The notes under the pieces were generated by a model. That model was given only the letters and a program-made list of their open reading frames with translations. It ran no database searches and was not told the origin of the DNA. A stretch of DNA of 64,000 nucleotides from a bacterium (GTDB lineage: Bacteria; Electryoneota; Electryoneia; Electryoneales; Electryoneaceae), in NCBI GenBank assembly GCA_963675295.2, contig CAXXKJ010000002.1, positions 256,001-320,000 on the forward strand, read 5' to 3'. Shown one piece after another: positions 41,696 through 51,519 of the stretch. The position numbers and the translations under genes are program-made. Each line of letters opens with the position of its first letter. Positions within the stretch are counted from its first letter, which is position 1.

Positions 41696-42390
41696 TCGGT
41701 GTCATTGGTGGGACCTCATTTTTTCATACGCCGGTGCTGCGAGAAGGGCGGCGCGAGCGGGTGGTGTCGCCATACGGATCAGTGGAAGTGGTCCGAGATG
41801 AGTCCACGGTTATGATTTCGCGGCATGGGGTGGAAGGATCGATACCGCCACACGCTGTAAATCATCATGCGCATATCTGGGTATTGAGAAATCTGAATGT
41901 CGAGGGGGTCGTCTGCTTCGGTTCTGTCGGAGGGCTTTCGGAGAGCTTCACGCCCGGAACTCTTCTTCTAGCTTCGGATTACTACGCCCCATACCGCACT
42001 GTCACCTTCCACACCAACAGCATGGCGACCACCATTCCGCGCCTGATGACGCCGTGGCGTGAGCATGTCGCACGGTGGTTGAACGATGCCGGCATTGAGT
42101 TCGTTAAGGAGGGTGTGTATGCCGAAACACTCGGCCTGCGGTTTGAAACTCAGGCAGAAGTGCAGGCTCTGGCGCGAGATGCGGATGTTGTCGGAATGAC
42201 CTGCGCGTCCGAAGCGACCTTGGCGCGCGAGATCGGTCTGCCAGTCGCGATCCTGGCGATGGTGGATAATGTCGCGCATGGGCTCGGGGTGGAGCCGTTG
42301 ACCGGGGACGCGTTCCACGCGAAAGTCCGCGAGAATGAGGCGGCTGTGGTGAATACGCTACAGGCGATTCGTCACGGTGCATCCGCCTGA
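41692..42390 (+). CDS. MTAP-family purine nucleoside phosphorylase
   Basis: IGVIGGT, SRHG, PPHAVNH, RFET.AE, DVVGMT..SEA.LARE, VDN; ATGA overlap with addA. Confidence 0.88.
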   Translation: MIGVIGGTSFFHTPVLREGRRERVVSPYGSVEVVRDESTVMISRHGVEGSIPPHAVNHHAHIWVLRNLNVEGVVCFGSVGGLSESFTPGTLLLASDYYAPYRTVTFHTNSMATTIPRLMTPWREHVARWLNDAGIEFVKEGVYAETLGLRFETQAEVQALARDADVVGMTCASEATLAREIGLPVAILAMVDNVAHGLGVEPLTGDAFHAKVRENEAAVVNTLQAIRHGASA

Positions 42391-42684
42391 ACGCGCAGAA
42401 CTCGGGATTTTCGTAGTCGTATCCAGTTAACCCCTCGTTGCACATTCCTGATAACGAAGAACTTACGCTTCGTCTCAGCCCCTGGGTCTCTCTTGGGGTT
42501 TTCAGTTCACTCCGGAACGACGTTTGCAGTTCTGACTGGCGACTGTTACGTTATGAGTTAGACAGCCCGAACTCAGAGCCCGGTCCATGGTGAGTGTACA
42601 CTGTTCTGCCAGGTTGTTCATCCAAAACTGGTAGGGTTGGAGTTTGCAGGCTGACACGACTTGCACCCGCGGAGGGAGGACGGC

Positions 42685-44082
42685 ATGCGCACGATACGAC
42701 TTGCAGCGGTAGTGTTATTGTTGGGTATTGTCACGGCCAACGCGGCCGTGTTCACGGTATCGCCGGACGGTTCCGGTAGTTATGCCACCATCCAGCAGGC
42801 GATGGATGCCGCGCATGATGGTGATGTGATCGAATTGCTGGACGGCGTGTATCGTGGTCCCGGCAATTTCAACATCGACTTCCTTGGCAAGGCGGTTGAA
42901 CTTCGGTCTCAGAGTGGAAATGCGGAAGCGTGCATCCTGGACGTGAACGGCATCAACGGCAACTGGGAGCCGGAACGCGGGCTCCTGTTCGTGAACGAAG
43001 AGGGGCCGGAGACGATTGTCCGCGACATTACGATCATGAATGCGGACGCTGACGGTTCCTGCCCGGAGTGTGAAGGCGGCGCGTTGCTGATTCGCAACAG
43101 TTCGCCGGTCTTCCACAACGTGATCATGAAGAACAATTACGCGGTCAATGGAGCGGGCGCGTTCGTGGACGGACTCGAGGAACCTACTCCCGCGCCGAAG
43201 TTCTACAACTGCCAGTTCATCAACAACACCGGTTTTGTCGGGGTGGGAGTCGAGCTGGTTGGCGGCAAGGCGTTCTTCTATGATTGCATTTTTGTCGGCA
43301 ATTCGGCGACAAGTAACGGTTTCGCCGCCGCGGTACGTGTGTTCAACAATGCCGGCATGCTAATGGATGGGTGCACGGTGGCGTACAACAACGCGCAATT
43401 CGCGTCGGCATTCGAGATCTACGACAGCCCGGTGCTGATCAAGAACAGCATCATCGCGTACAACCGTGGCGACCAGGCGATCCGCATCACCAGCGAAAGC
43501 CAGGTGTATGTGCGTTATAGCCTGATGGCGGGAAATGATGGCAACGATTGGCCGAAGGCGATTGGCGGGCAAAAGCATGGATTCGGCAACTTGACAGTTG
43601 AACCGGGCTTTGACGGTTCCTTCCTCACCCGGTCGGTGCAGTTGAGCGCGAGTTCACCATGCATTGACGCCGGCGATCCGGACAGTTCGCTCGACCCGGA
43701 CAGCACCCGGCGTGACATTGGCGCGTTGTACTTCAGCCAGATCGATGACCTTCAGCCGATCAACAACGAACCGTTTCAGGTAGCCAACGGTGCGGCCACG
43801 CAGGGCACGGTGCCGGACCAATTCCGTCTGACGCCGATGCATCCGAACCCGTTCAACGCGATGACAACCGTGACGCTCGCGTTGCCCGATCTCGACATGG
43901 TGCAGCTGCGTGTGCTGGATGTGTTGGGCCGTGAGCGGGCGTTGTTGCACCAGGGCCCGTTGTCGGCGGGATCGCATGAGTTCACCGTGAACGCGACCGA
44001 TTTTGCCAGCGGGATCTATTTCGTTGTCGCGGAGTCCAGTGCGTACGGCCGTCAGGTGCAGAAGGCGGTGTTGGCGAAGTAG
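42685..44082 (+). CDS. Secreted beta-helix protein with HPNPFN sorting domain
   Basis: GGAGG RBS; signal peptide; YATIQQA, GGA/FxxN repeats, SPCIDAGDP, PNPFN...SGIYFV...KAVLAK. Confidence 0.88.
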   Translation: MRTIRLAAVVLLLGIVTANAAVFTVSPDGSGSYATIQQAMDAAHDGDVIELLDGVYRGPGNFNIDFLGKAVELRSQSGNAEACILDVNGINGNWEPERGLLFVNEEGPETIVRDITIMNADADGSCPECEGGALLIRNSSPVFHNVIMKNNYAVNGAGAFVDGLEEPTPAPKFYNCQFINNTGFVGVGVELVGGKAFFYDCIFVGNSATSNGFAAAVRVFNNAGMLMDGCTVAYNNAQFASAFEIYDSPVLIKNSIIAYNRGDQAIRITSESQVYVRYSLMAGNDGNDWPKAIGGQKHGFGNLTVEPGFDGSFLTRSVQLSASSPCIDAGDPDSSLDPDSTRRDIGALYFSQIDDLQPINNEPFQVANGAATQGTVPDQFRLTPMHPNPFNAMTTVTLALPDLDMVQLRVLDVLGRERALLHQGPLSAGSHEFTVNATDFASGIYFVVAESSAYGRQVQKAVLAK

Positions 44083-44172
44083 GGCGGAAGTCGGAAGTCT
44101 GGCCGAAGTCGAAAAGAAGTACTTAGTTTAGCAGAAGTACCGAGTACTACAGAAGTGCTGAGATAAAAACAC

Positions 44173-44205
44173 AACGGCCACGGACGCGAATCCGTGGCCG
44201 TTTTT
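44173..44205. terminator. Bidirectional terminator
   Basis: AACGGCCACGGA-CGCGAA-TCCGTGGCCGTT with T5 on the right and an A-run on the left. Confidence 0.8.
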
Positions 44206-44238
44206 GCCTACAGCCCATGGCCCACAGCCCACAGCCAC

Positions 44239-45894
44239 TTAAGGTAGATAGAACCCCTTGTCGGTGATGCGTCCGATCTCTCCTGCTTCGATGCGCAACG
44301 TGAGGGTCGGGCAGAATCGGTAGCGGCTGCCGCCGAGGTTAGCCTGCAGGCCGAGGGTGACCGCTTCGACGACATCGAGTCCGATCGCGTCGGCGAGACG
44401 GAACGGTCCCTGGTTCATCCCGAACGCGCGTTTCAGGGCGGCGTCGACATCGGCCGGCGAGGTCAACAGCCGTTCATGGAGCAGCCATGCGGCATGGTTC
44501 ACCAACAGTGCGAATAACCGTGCGCTGATCCCGCCGGGTTCGTCGGCGACTTGGATCGGTTGAAACCCGAGGCCGTACGCGGCACCCATCGCCTTGGCGA
44601 GGTCGGAGGGGGACGAGTTCCGGGGACGCGAGAGCTCGACGACGTTGGATTCGCCGAACGGGGTCAGCCCGCCGAACCCGACCGCGGTGAACATTTCGGG
44701 TACTGGCTGCACCGTGATCGTGGACGGCAGGTTGAGCGTGTGCACCCACACCTGGGCGTCCTTGGCGAGCAGCGGCACGACCAGATCCAGCACCTGCTGG
44801 CGTTCATCCGGCGGCCCGAGCAGCACTTCCAGCGCGAGGTCGAACGGGCCCTGTTCCTTCACCGACAACAGGCCTTCCTCGGTGATCGACCCGAGGTCCC
44901 AGATCTCCCACGCGACCGTCTGTGTCTTTCCCTGGCTGGACTCGTAGATACGATCCTTCCACGCCTCGGCGAGGTGCGGTGTACCGATCACCAGCACCCG
45001 GCCCGGGCGCTTGATGTAGGTATCCGGCACCATCGGCTCGTCCGGCGTGGCAGAGAGTAGCGACCACAAATCCGAGCTCGCGGGCGGATACGCGTCATGC
45101 AGTGGACGGAAGCGGCCGTCCCCGTACATCGCCTGCGCCATCTCGTGCGTCTCGAGCCATGAGACTTCCGGATCGCGGGCGAGCAACTCGTCGAAGAGGC
45201 CGTCCTCACGGCCAAAAACCTCCGCGCTGAGACGGTTGATCCACGCCGGGTTGGCCGCGCTGGTGCGCATCAGCGACCACGCCTCGGTTTCGATTGCGGT
45301 GCGGATCCGTTGCGCCGCTCCGCCGGGAACATCCAGCCAGACTGTCGAGAACGGGCAGCGCAATTCCTGCAGATGGGCGGTGAATTCACGCATCAGCTCC
45401 TGGCTTGAACTGAGCGCGTCCACGATCTCCATATTGACCAGGCCCTCTTCCCGGAACACTGGCCGCACACCGATCACCCGCTCGGGGTTGTCGGTGTTGC
45501 GCCACGATTGCTGCGACAGGGCTTGCACGCCGAGGACAACGACCTGGATGCGGGCGTTCAGCAGCGCCTGCCGTCCGATGATCAGCTCTTCGTCGAGCAG
45601 CAGGTCGCCGGGTTCGGAATAATCGATCCACGCGATGTCCGGATTGCTGTTGTGCCCGTTGGATTCGTCCTCATCGACCAGCGTGTAAAATCGTTCGATC
45701 GGATCGAATTCACCCTCTTCGAACATCTCCTCCAGCTCCGGCGATTCGATTTCGACGACCAGCCGTGGCGCGTCGTCACCATCATAGATGTCGCGCAAGG
45801 TGGCCCACAATGTGGGGGTCAGGGTGGGGACATAAATCAACGGAGTTTCCGGCATCAGTTTCAGGCCTCCCGACGAAAAAACGCGATGGGCCAA
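44239..45894 (-). CDS. 3-hydroxyacyl-CoA dehydrogenase-like protein (duplicated, degenerate; PaaH-like architecture)
   Basis: C-terminal dimerisation domain DVDAAL..AFG...GPF.LAD.IGLD and G..TDKGFY; no GxGxxG or GxHFFNP visible. Confidence 0.65.
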   Translation of the reverse strand: MAHRVFSSGGLKLMPETPLIYVPTLTPTLWATLRDIYDGDDAPRLVVEIESPELEEMFEEGEFDPIERFYTLVDEDESNGHNSNPDIAWIDYSEPGDLLLDEELIIGRQALLNARIQVVVLGVQALSQQSWRNTDNPERVIGVRPVFREEGLVNMEIVDALSSSQELMREFTAHLQELRCPFSTVWLDVPGGAAQRIRTAIETEAWSLMRTSAANPAWINRLSAEVFGREDGLFDELLARDPEVSWLETHEMAQAMYGDGRFRPLHDAYPPASSDLWSLLSATPDEPMVPDTYIKRPGRVLVIGTPHLAEAWKDRIYESSQGKTQTVAWEIWDLGSITEEGLLSVKEQGPFDLALEVLLGPPDERQQVLDLVVPLLAKDAQVWVHTLNLPSTITVQPVPEMFTAVGFGGLTPFGESNVVELSRPRNSSPSDLAKAMGAAYGLGFQPIQVADEPGGISARLFALLVNHAAWLLHERLLTSPADVDAALKRAFGMNQGPFRLADAIGLDVVEAVTLGLQANLGGSRYRFCPTLTLRIEAGEIGRITDKGFYLP

Positions 45895-45980
45895 GGTTGC
45901 CCATCGCGTGAAGGTACAGTCAAATCACGGTCTCCGGTGCGGACGGGTGTGTCCGATGGGAGCCGTGCGAGGGGTGCGTC

Positions 45981-46898
45981 TTACGCGCCCGGATCGGTGT
46001 GCGGCTCGATCAGGATCGAGAGGAAGATCGGGTGCCGGCGCGTTTCGAGGAAGCGCTTCAGGTCGTTCATCACGGCGGCCCAGCCGTCATAGTCACTACG
46101 GGTCGAAAGCACGACCGGTTCGGTGAACGAACCTTCGGTCAGCGACACGCGGGTGCCGTTGCCTTCGTCCTTCAGTTCCCAGCGCACGACGAGGTTCGGA
46201 TCTTCGTCCGCGACTTCACGCCAGCCGAAGCTGAACTTGACGTTTTCTTCCACTTCGACGACCGGGAGCTGATCCCATCCGAGGTCGAGGATGCCGCCCT
46301 CGTTCAGCTCGATCTTCTTCACCTGCGGGGCGAAGAAGCCGCGGATGCCGTCTACGGTGGTCAACGTTTCGTACACTTCTTCACGCTTCGCGGTGGTCCA
46401 GAAATCGAGGCGGAAGTCCTTGCCGCGCTTGTGCGTAAACTCCGGGCGAACCCACGCGGAGGCGCCTTCCATATGGAACACGAAACCGTTCAGCAACAGC
46501 GTCCACAAGTTGCGGAGGTCATCGTCGGTAAGGTCATCGTCGCCGACCACGTGGTCGACATCGAGACGGCAGGTGTTTTCTTCCATACCGGAGACGCGGA
46601 AGTGGACTTCGGTCTCGACGATTTCGCCGTCACGTTGCCGTACCGGCCAGGTGAAGGACAGCGTCATCTCATCCGGGTTGATCTCGAGGATTTCCTGTTC
46701 CGGGCGCTCATCGTAGCGCAGGAAGGGCAGGAATTTTCCGCCGAAGGAGAGCTGCTGGTTGTCGATGTCGACGTTCACTTGCTGGGCGAACCAGATCTGG
46801 AGTTCGCGTGTGTCGCTGATGGCACGCCAGGCGACTTTCGCGGGGACGCGGACGTCCACTGCAACCGAGGCGCGCTTTTTGTTGGTTTCCGTGGCCAT
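45981..46898 (-). CDS. Tandem SRPBCC (Aha1/START-like) domain protein
   Basis: Two repeats: VAWRAISD...L..WF and VYETLTT..G...FF ... GW..V...LK.FLE. Confidence 0.8.
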   Translation of the reverse strand: MATETNKKRASVAVDVRVPAKVAWRAISDTRELQIWFAQQVNVDIDNQQLSFGGKFLPFLRYDERPEQEILEINPDEMTLSFTWPVRQRDGEIVETEVHFRVSGMEENTCRLDVDHVVGDDDLTDDDLRNLWTLLLNGFVFHMEGASAWVRPEFTHKRGKDFRLDFWTTAKREEVYETLTTVDGIRGFFAPQVKKIELNEGGILDLGWDQLPVVEVEENVKFSFGWREVADEDPNLVVRWELKDEGNGTRVSLTEGSFTEPVVLSTRSDYDGWAAVMNDLKRFLETRRHPIFLSILIEPHTDPGA

Positions 46899-47221
46899 GA
46901 AGTACCCTTGGTCTGCGTGCGGCGACACGGGTCGCCGTGCTGCTGGTTTTGGTTGCCTGTTGTACAAAGGCCGGGTTGCGAGGTTCCAAACAAACAGACC
47001 TCACCCCGACCACGAATTGGTCCAGAAAAAAATCTCTTGGGAAGACGTAAAAATAGGGTGTCAGTCGGGGTATAACAACCCCGCTGTGACGAGCCTCTCG
47101 GGCGCTGAGGGGAGACAAAACGAGGGTGAAGTGACCTGGAGGAGGGACATGTGAACGATTGGATTCAAGTAAACTGACTGGTGACTTTTTGTCCCCAAAG
47201 TGTCCCAGGTAGAATCAGTAT

Positions 47222-47294
47222 GTGCCCCGGACGGCTCCGCCAGTCGGGATAAATCGCCTTCGGATCATCCGCGTCCGCAAGCGGACACGGGCAC
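47222..47294. repeat. Family R inverted doublet (REPIN-like), left flank of the ligase-like gene
   Basis: GTGCCCCGGACGGCTCCGCCAGTCGGGAT (+) and TCCGCGTCCGCAAGCGGACACGGGCAC (-). Confidence 0.85.
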
Positions 47295-47306
47295 TTTCTT
47301 CTACTT

Positions 47307-47384
47307 CAGTCCTCAGTCCTCAGTCCTCAGTCCACCGATTACCGACCACCGAATACCGAATACCAGCTAAAGCCCACAGCCCTA
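47307..47384 (-). repeat. Eleven-unit 7-nt periodic tract beginning at the stop codon
   Basis: CAGTCCT x3, CAGTCCA, CCGATTA, CCGACCA, CCGAATA x2, CCAGCTA, AAGCCCA, CAGCCCT, all in register. Confidence 0.85.
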
Positions 47385-49133
47385 TGTCTTCTCCGGCTTC
47401 TTCCAGAACGGCCGCTGATGCAGCCGTTCCTTGATGTCGATGGAGGGCGCCAGTTCCTCGTCGTACGGTTCGAACGCCACCGCCCACGCGATCCCGATCA
47501 GCAGCATCGCCGCCGCGCGCACGGACGGATCATCCAGCGCAAACGCCGACATCCCGTGCAGCACCGCCGCGAACAACGCCCCGGACAGCACGAACCCTTC
47601 CAGCGATTCGCGTGTCAGCAGCCCGATGTTCAACGCGAGGATCAGGATCACGGTCGCGCCGAGCCCGATCCAGCCGCCGGCGACGGTCACTTCGAGGAAC
47701 AGGTTGCGCGAATTATAGCCTAGTAGCGCCTCAGACGCTCCCGGTCCGAGCCCGAACCACGGCCGCGCGCCGAGCAGAGCGTACACGTCGCGCCAGATTT
47801 CGGCGAGCGGCGGATTCGCGAGTCCGCCGCCACGGTTGAGCGCGTCGTTCGCCGCCTGCAGGTACTTGTCGGAGCGGACGTGCATCAGCCGTCCCAGCCG
47901 GTTCGGTTCGCCGGGCAGGTCGGATTGGAACAGCAGCAGGTACGGGGACGCGCGGTACTGGCTGAACAACCCGCCCGGCCCCTTGAGGTCGATGACGATG
48001 AAGCCCTGCTCTTCGTGGCTGCGGAAGGGGAGGGTGATCGAAATCTCTTCGCCCGGTTCGACATGTTGGGCCAGCGGTGCCGAAACCCAGCCGCCACGCA
48101 GGAAGCGTACCGGCCCGCGATCATCGAGCGATTCCGGGTACAATACGTGGTAGCCGGTTTCGAATCCCGCCTGCCACGACACCGGCCCGGGGTTGACCAG
48201 GGTGACCGCCAGCGAGTCCTGCTCGTAACTCTCCAGCGCGGTCAACGCGCGCACGGTAAACCCGACCGGCTCCTGGTACGGGCCCCAGCGTGCGCGAAAC
48301 GCCGGGTTGAACAGCGCGATCACGACACCGATCAGCAACGGAATCGACAGCCCCGCCACCGAGTGACGGATACCGGCCTTGGCGGTCATCACGACCAGGA
48401 TTCCGGCCAGCGCGGCGATGGGTGCGCCGAAGGAGAGCGTCATCAAGGTGCCGAGCCAGAAGATCCCGACCAGCAGCAACATCAGCTCGCGTTTTTTACC
48501 CTCCACCGACATTGCCGCCCCGGCAAGCAACGGGGTTAACACCGCGCAGATCCACGACATCGCGTCGGCATGTGTGAACGGACCTGTCAAACGCAGCAGC
48601 AGCTGCCACGCTTCCGGCGCGTCATGGAAGATGCGGACAGCGTTTTCGACGGCGGGAATGCGGAAGAGTTCGCCGAAACCCATTGCGAGTGCGAGGAGTG
48701 TAGAGAGTACAAGAGCGGCCAACGCGGCCAGGCGTTCGGTGGGATGCCCGGAATAGAGGATCGCGACTCCGGCGACCAGCAGCACCGGCTCCCACAGCGC
48801 GGCGACGGACAGGATCGGATCACTGCCCCGGGACACGGCACCCAGTCCCGCCAGCAACGCCAGTCCGAGCACGATGGGCAGCGCCCAGCGTCCCCGCAAC
48901 TTGTACGCGCCTCCGGTGGCAACGCTGGCGATGGCAAACAGCGGGATGATCAACCCGAGCAGGCTCGCGGCCGGCAGCAACCGTCCCGTGCTGAGCGGGA
49001 TCGCGTCCAGCCGCCCCACGAACGGCATCGTGAAGGCGAGGATCAGGATCAATCCGCGTCCGATCTGCCCCCACGGGTCGTCCGCCCAGAGATGTCGCGA
49101 GCGTTGGGTCATATCGGTTAGACGCCGCTGCAT
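47382..49133 (-). CDS. O-antigen ligase/Wzy-like multi-TM protein with an inserted Ig-like periplasmic domain
   Basis: About 12 TM helices; RLTGPFTH, RPWFGLGPG, NLFLE...GGWIGL; LVNPGPVSW...VEPGEEI Ig-like insert. Confidence 0.7.
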   Translation of the reverse strand: MQRRLTDMTQRSRHLWADDPWGQIGRGLILILAFTMPFVGRLDAIPLSTGRLLPAASLLGLIIPLFAIASVATGGAYKLRGRWALPIVLGLALLAGLGAVSRGSDPILSVAALWEPVLLVAGVAILYSGHPTERLAALAALVLSTLLALAMGFGELFRIPAVENAVRIFHDAPEAWQLLLRLTGPFTHADAMSWICAVLTPLLAGAAMSVEGKKRELMLLLVGIFWLGTLMTLSFGAPIAALAGILVVMTAKAGIRHSVAGLSIPLLIGVVIALFNPAFRARWGPYQEPVGFTVRALTALESYEQDSLAVTLVNPGPVSWQAGFETGYHVLYPESLDDRGPVRFLRGGWVSAPLAQHVEPGEEISITLPFRSHEEQGFIVIDLKGPGGLFSQYRASPYLLLFQSDLPGEPNRLGRLMHVRSDKYLQAANDALNRGGGLANPPLAEIWRDVYALLGARPWFGLGPGASEALLGYNSRNLFLEVTVAGGWIGLGATVILILALNIGLLTRESLEGFVLSGALFAAVLHGMSAFALDDPSVRAAAMLLIGIAWAVAFEPYDEELAPSIDIKERLHQRPFWKKPEKT

Positions 49134-49305
49134 GGCAAAAAGATTCCGGTTTGTTTCGCCTCGCGGAGGATCTTGAAAAAAGTTCGGCGAGGCTACACTG
49201 GCAAACTACCGGCCCAAAGGGGGCTTGTACAAGGCTTGCCAGCGAAGAAATGGAAGCCGTACGTTGCCACATCTCCAATGGCCTGTGTAAGGTACCCGTA
49301 TTGAC

Positions 49306-49412
49306 GTGCCCGTGTCCGCTTGCGGACGCGGACGTGTTGAGGATGGATGCACGATGCCCGCGGGAGCTTTGCTACCGCGGTTGATCCCTGCTGGCGGAGC
49401 CATCAGGGGCAC
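49306..49412. repeat. Three family R hairpins, right flank of the ligase-like gene
   Basis: 49306-49332 is the exact reverse complement of 47268-47294; further units at 49354 (+) and 49412 (-). Confidence 0.85.
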
Positions 49413-49458
49413 ATATTCAGGGATGGTTGAATTCGAGGGGAAGGGTGCGCGCGATCTC

Positions 49459-51519
49459 ATGAGAGTCGTGTTGACAGGTGGAGGCAGTGGCGGACATGTG
49501 AGCCCGATGCTCGCGGTCGCGGAGGCGTTGCGTGAGCTCGAGCCGACGGTCGATCTGCGCTATATCGGGGTACGCAACGGCCTCGAAGCCGACCTCGTCC
49601 CCCGGGCGAACATCCCGATCCGTTTCGCGTCCGCCATCGGCATGCCCGGCATGTCGCTTTCGCCCGCGATGTTCAAATTCCTGTTCACGTTGCTCGGCGG
49701 TGTCCTCGCCGCAACGGGTCACCTGATCGCGTATCGTCCCCATGTGATTGTCGCCTCCGGCGGTTTCGCCAGCGCCCCAGCCGTGTTCGCGTCGGCATTC
49801 CTGCGCGGCCTGACCTTTGGTTTGTGGCGCATCCCGGTTTATCTGCACGAACAAAACGCCGTCCCCGGCCGGATGAACTCCGCCGCCGCACGCATCGCCC
49901 GGCAGGTCGGCGTCGTGCACGCGGTGTCGTTGAACCGGCTGCCGCATGCCGTCAACGAAGTCGTTGGCTATCCGGTGCGAGCGGGATTTGCTTCGGTGGA
50001 CCGTGCCACGGCCCGCAAGGAACTGGGCGTCCCGGATGATGCGGAATATGTCGTCGTCACCGGCGGTAGCCAGGGCGCGCGCACGATCAACCGGGCGGTT
50101 GTTGATGCGCTGCCGTTCCTTGCCGATCGCCGGAACCTGTGGCTGACCCACTCCACCGGCGCGATGAAGGGCCGGGGCTATGACGCGGTCGGTGACACGA
50201 AGTCTCGACTCGACGCCAACTCCCGCAAGCCGGACCATTACCGCGTTACCGACTACCTGCACGACATGCCCTTGCACCTCGCCGCAGCGGACCTCGCGGT
50301 GATCCGTGGCGGCGCGGGCTCGCTGTTCGAGGTCTGCACCCAGGGCCTGCCCGCGTTGGTGATTCCGAAGGCGAATCTGCCCGGCGACAGCCAGGTGGCC
50401 AACGCCCGCGAGTTGGCGGCGCGCGGCGCGATTGAACTGTTGTACGAGGAGCCAGCGTTCGTGGACGGCGCTTTCATCGAAGTGGTCCCCGGCGAATTGA
50501 TGGCGGAGAAGATCACGGCGTTGCTCGACAATCCGGACCGTCGCCATGAGCTGAGCGCCAGGGCGAAAGAGGCGTTTGACCGGCGTGCGGCGAACCGGAT
50601 CGCGAAACGGGTGGTCGCGTTGGCGAAGAGCATCCGCGCGATCGACGTCGAGAACGACAACACGCCGAGCTCTGCCGAAACGTTGACCGAAACCACGCTG
50701 CCCGATTCGCCGACCGCGTTGCGCCGGTATGCCGAGCAGGTGATGGGCGTGCGTTACGAGCGGGCGTTCGCGCAGGGTCCGATCCGCGACTGGGAGCTGG
50801 AGAAGCTGGACGATCTCGCGTACTTCCGTTATCGCGGCGCGGCGTTGCTGGCACACTCGCACTGGTCGATGCGCAATGAAGGGATCAAGCTGTTGGCGTT
50901 GACCCGGCACGTCGACAAGCTGGACCTCGTGCTCCATGTGCTCACCGACCGTACCCCCGCGCCAAAGCTGCACCGCATGCTCGGCGGCGACTTCGCCCAG
51001 GTCGGGTTCATCCGCCGGAACGCCGTTAACGCGCTCGCGTTCATGGGTGTGGTCAACGAGGATGTGCGCGCGGCGATTGTCACCGCGTTGGACGATCCCT
51101 ACTACGAGGTCCGCTCGGCGACGCTCAAGCTGATCCGTTCGATGATCAAGAATGATCATAAGTTGGCCGATAATCCGGAGATCGTGTCGCGGGTGCGGAA
51201 ACTGACACGCGACCGCAATCTCGAGGTTCACTGGGAAGCGTTGCACACCTTCGGCTTCGTCGGCGCGCCGGAGGATGTGCTGGCTACCAACCGCGCGTAC
51301 GCCGTCACCGGCAAGACGCCACTGCGCGAGGCAGTGCTGCGTTCGTATCACGCCCTGCTCGACCGCTATGATGGCGCGGCGGATGAGCCGTGGCGTCACC
51401 AGTTGAGCGACGACATCGACCATTTCGCCATCACCTCGCTGGCGTTCCACCCCCATTTCCCGTTGAAGGAACGGTACGTCTCGCTCTGCAAACGGATGGA
51501 CGAGGAGGTTTCGGCATGA
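49459..51519 (+). CDS. murG: MurG fused to a C-terminal HEAT/ARM-like helical domain
   Basis: GGGSGGH, GGFAS.P, HEQN, GYPVR, GGSQGA, RGGAG, Q..NA; then about 290 aa with ALDDPYYEVRSA and DRNLEVHWEAL HEAT-like repeats. Confidence 0.85.
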   Translation: MRVVLTGGGSGGHVSPMLAVAEALRELEPTVDLRYIGVRNGLEADLVPRANIPIRFASAIGMPGMSLSPAMFKFLFTLLGGVLAATGHLIAYRPHVIVASGGFASAPAVFASAFLRGLTFGLWRIPVYLHEQNAVPGRMNSAAARIARQVGVVHAVSLNRLPHAVNEVVGYPVRAGFASVDRATARKELGVPDDAEYVVVTGGSQGARTINRAVVDALPFLADRRNLWLTHSTGAMKGRGYDAVGDTKSRLDANSRKPDHYRVTDYLHDMPLHLAAADLAVIRGGAGSLFEVCTQGLPALVIPKANLPGDSQVANARELAARGAIELLYEEPAFVDGAFIEVVPGELMAEKITALLDNPDRRHELSARAKEAFDRRAANRIAKRVVALAKSIRAIDVENDNTPSSAETLTETTLPDSPTALRRYAEQVMGVRYERAFAQGPIRDWELEKLDDLAYFRYRGAALLAHSHWSMRNEGIKLLALTRHVDKLDLVLHVLTDRTPAPKLHRMLGGDFAQVGFIRRNAVNALAFMGVVNEDVRAAIVTALDDPYYEVRSATLKLIRSMIKNDHKLADNPEIVSRVRKLTRDRNLEVHWEALHTFGFVGAPEDVLATNRAYAVTGKTPLREAVLRSYHALLDRYDGAADEPWRHQLSDDIDHFAITSLAFHPHFPLKERYVSLCKRMDEEVSA

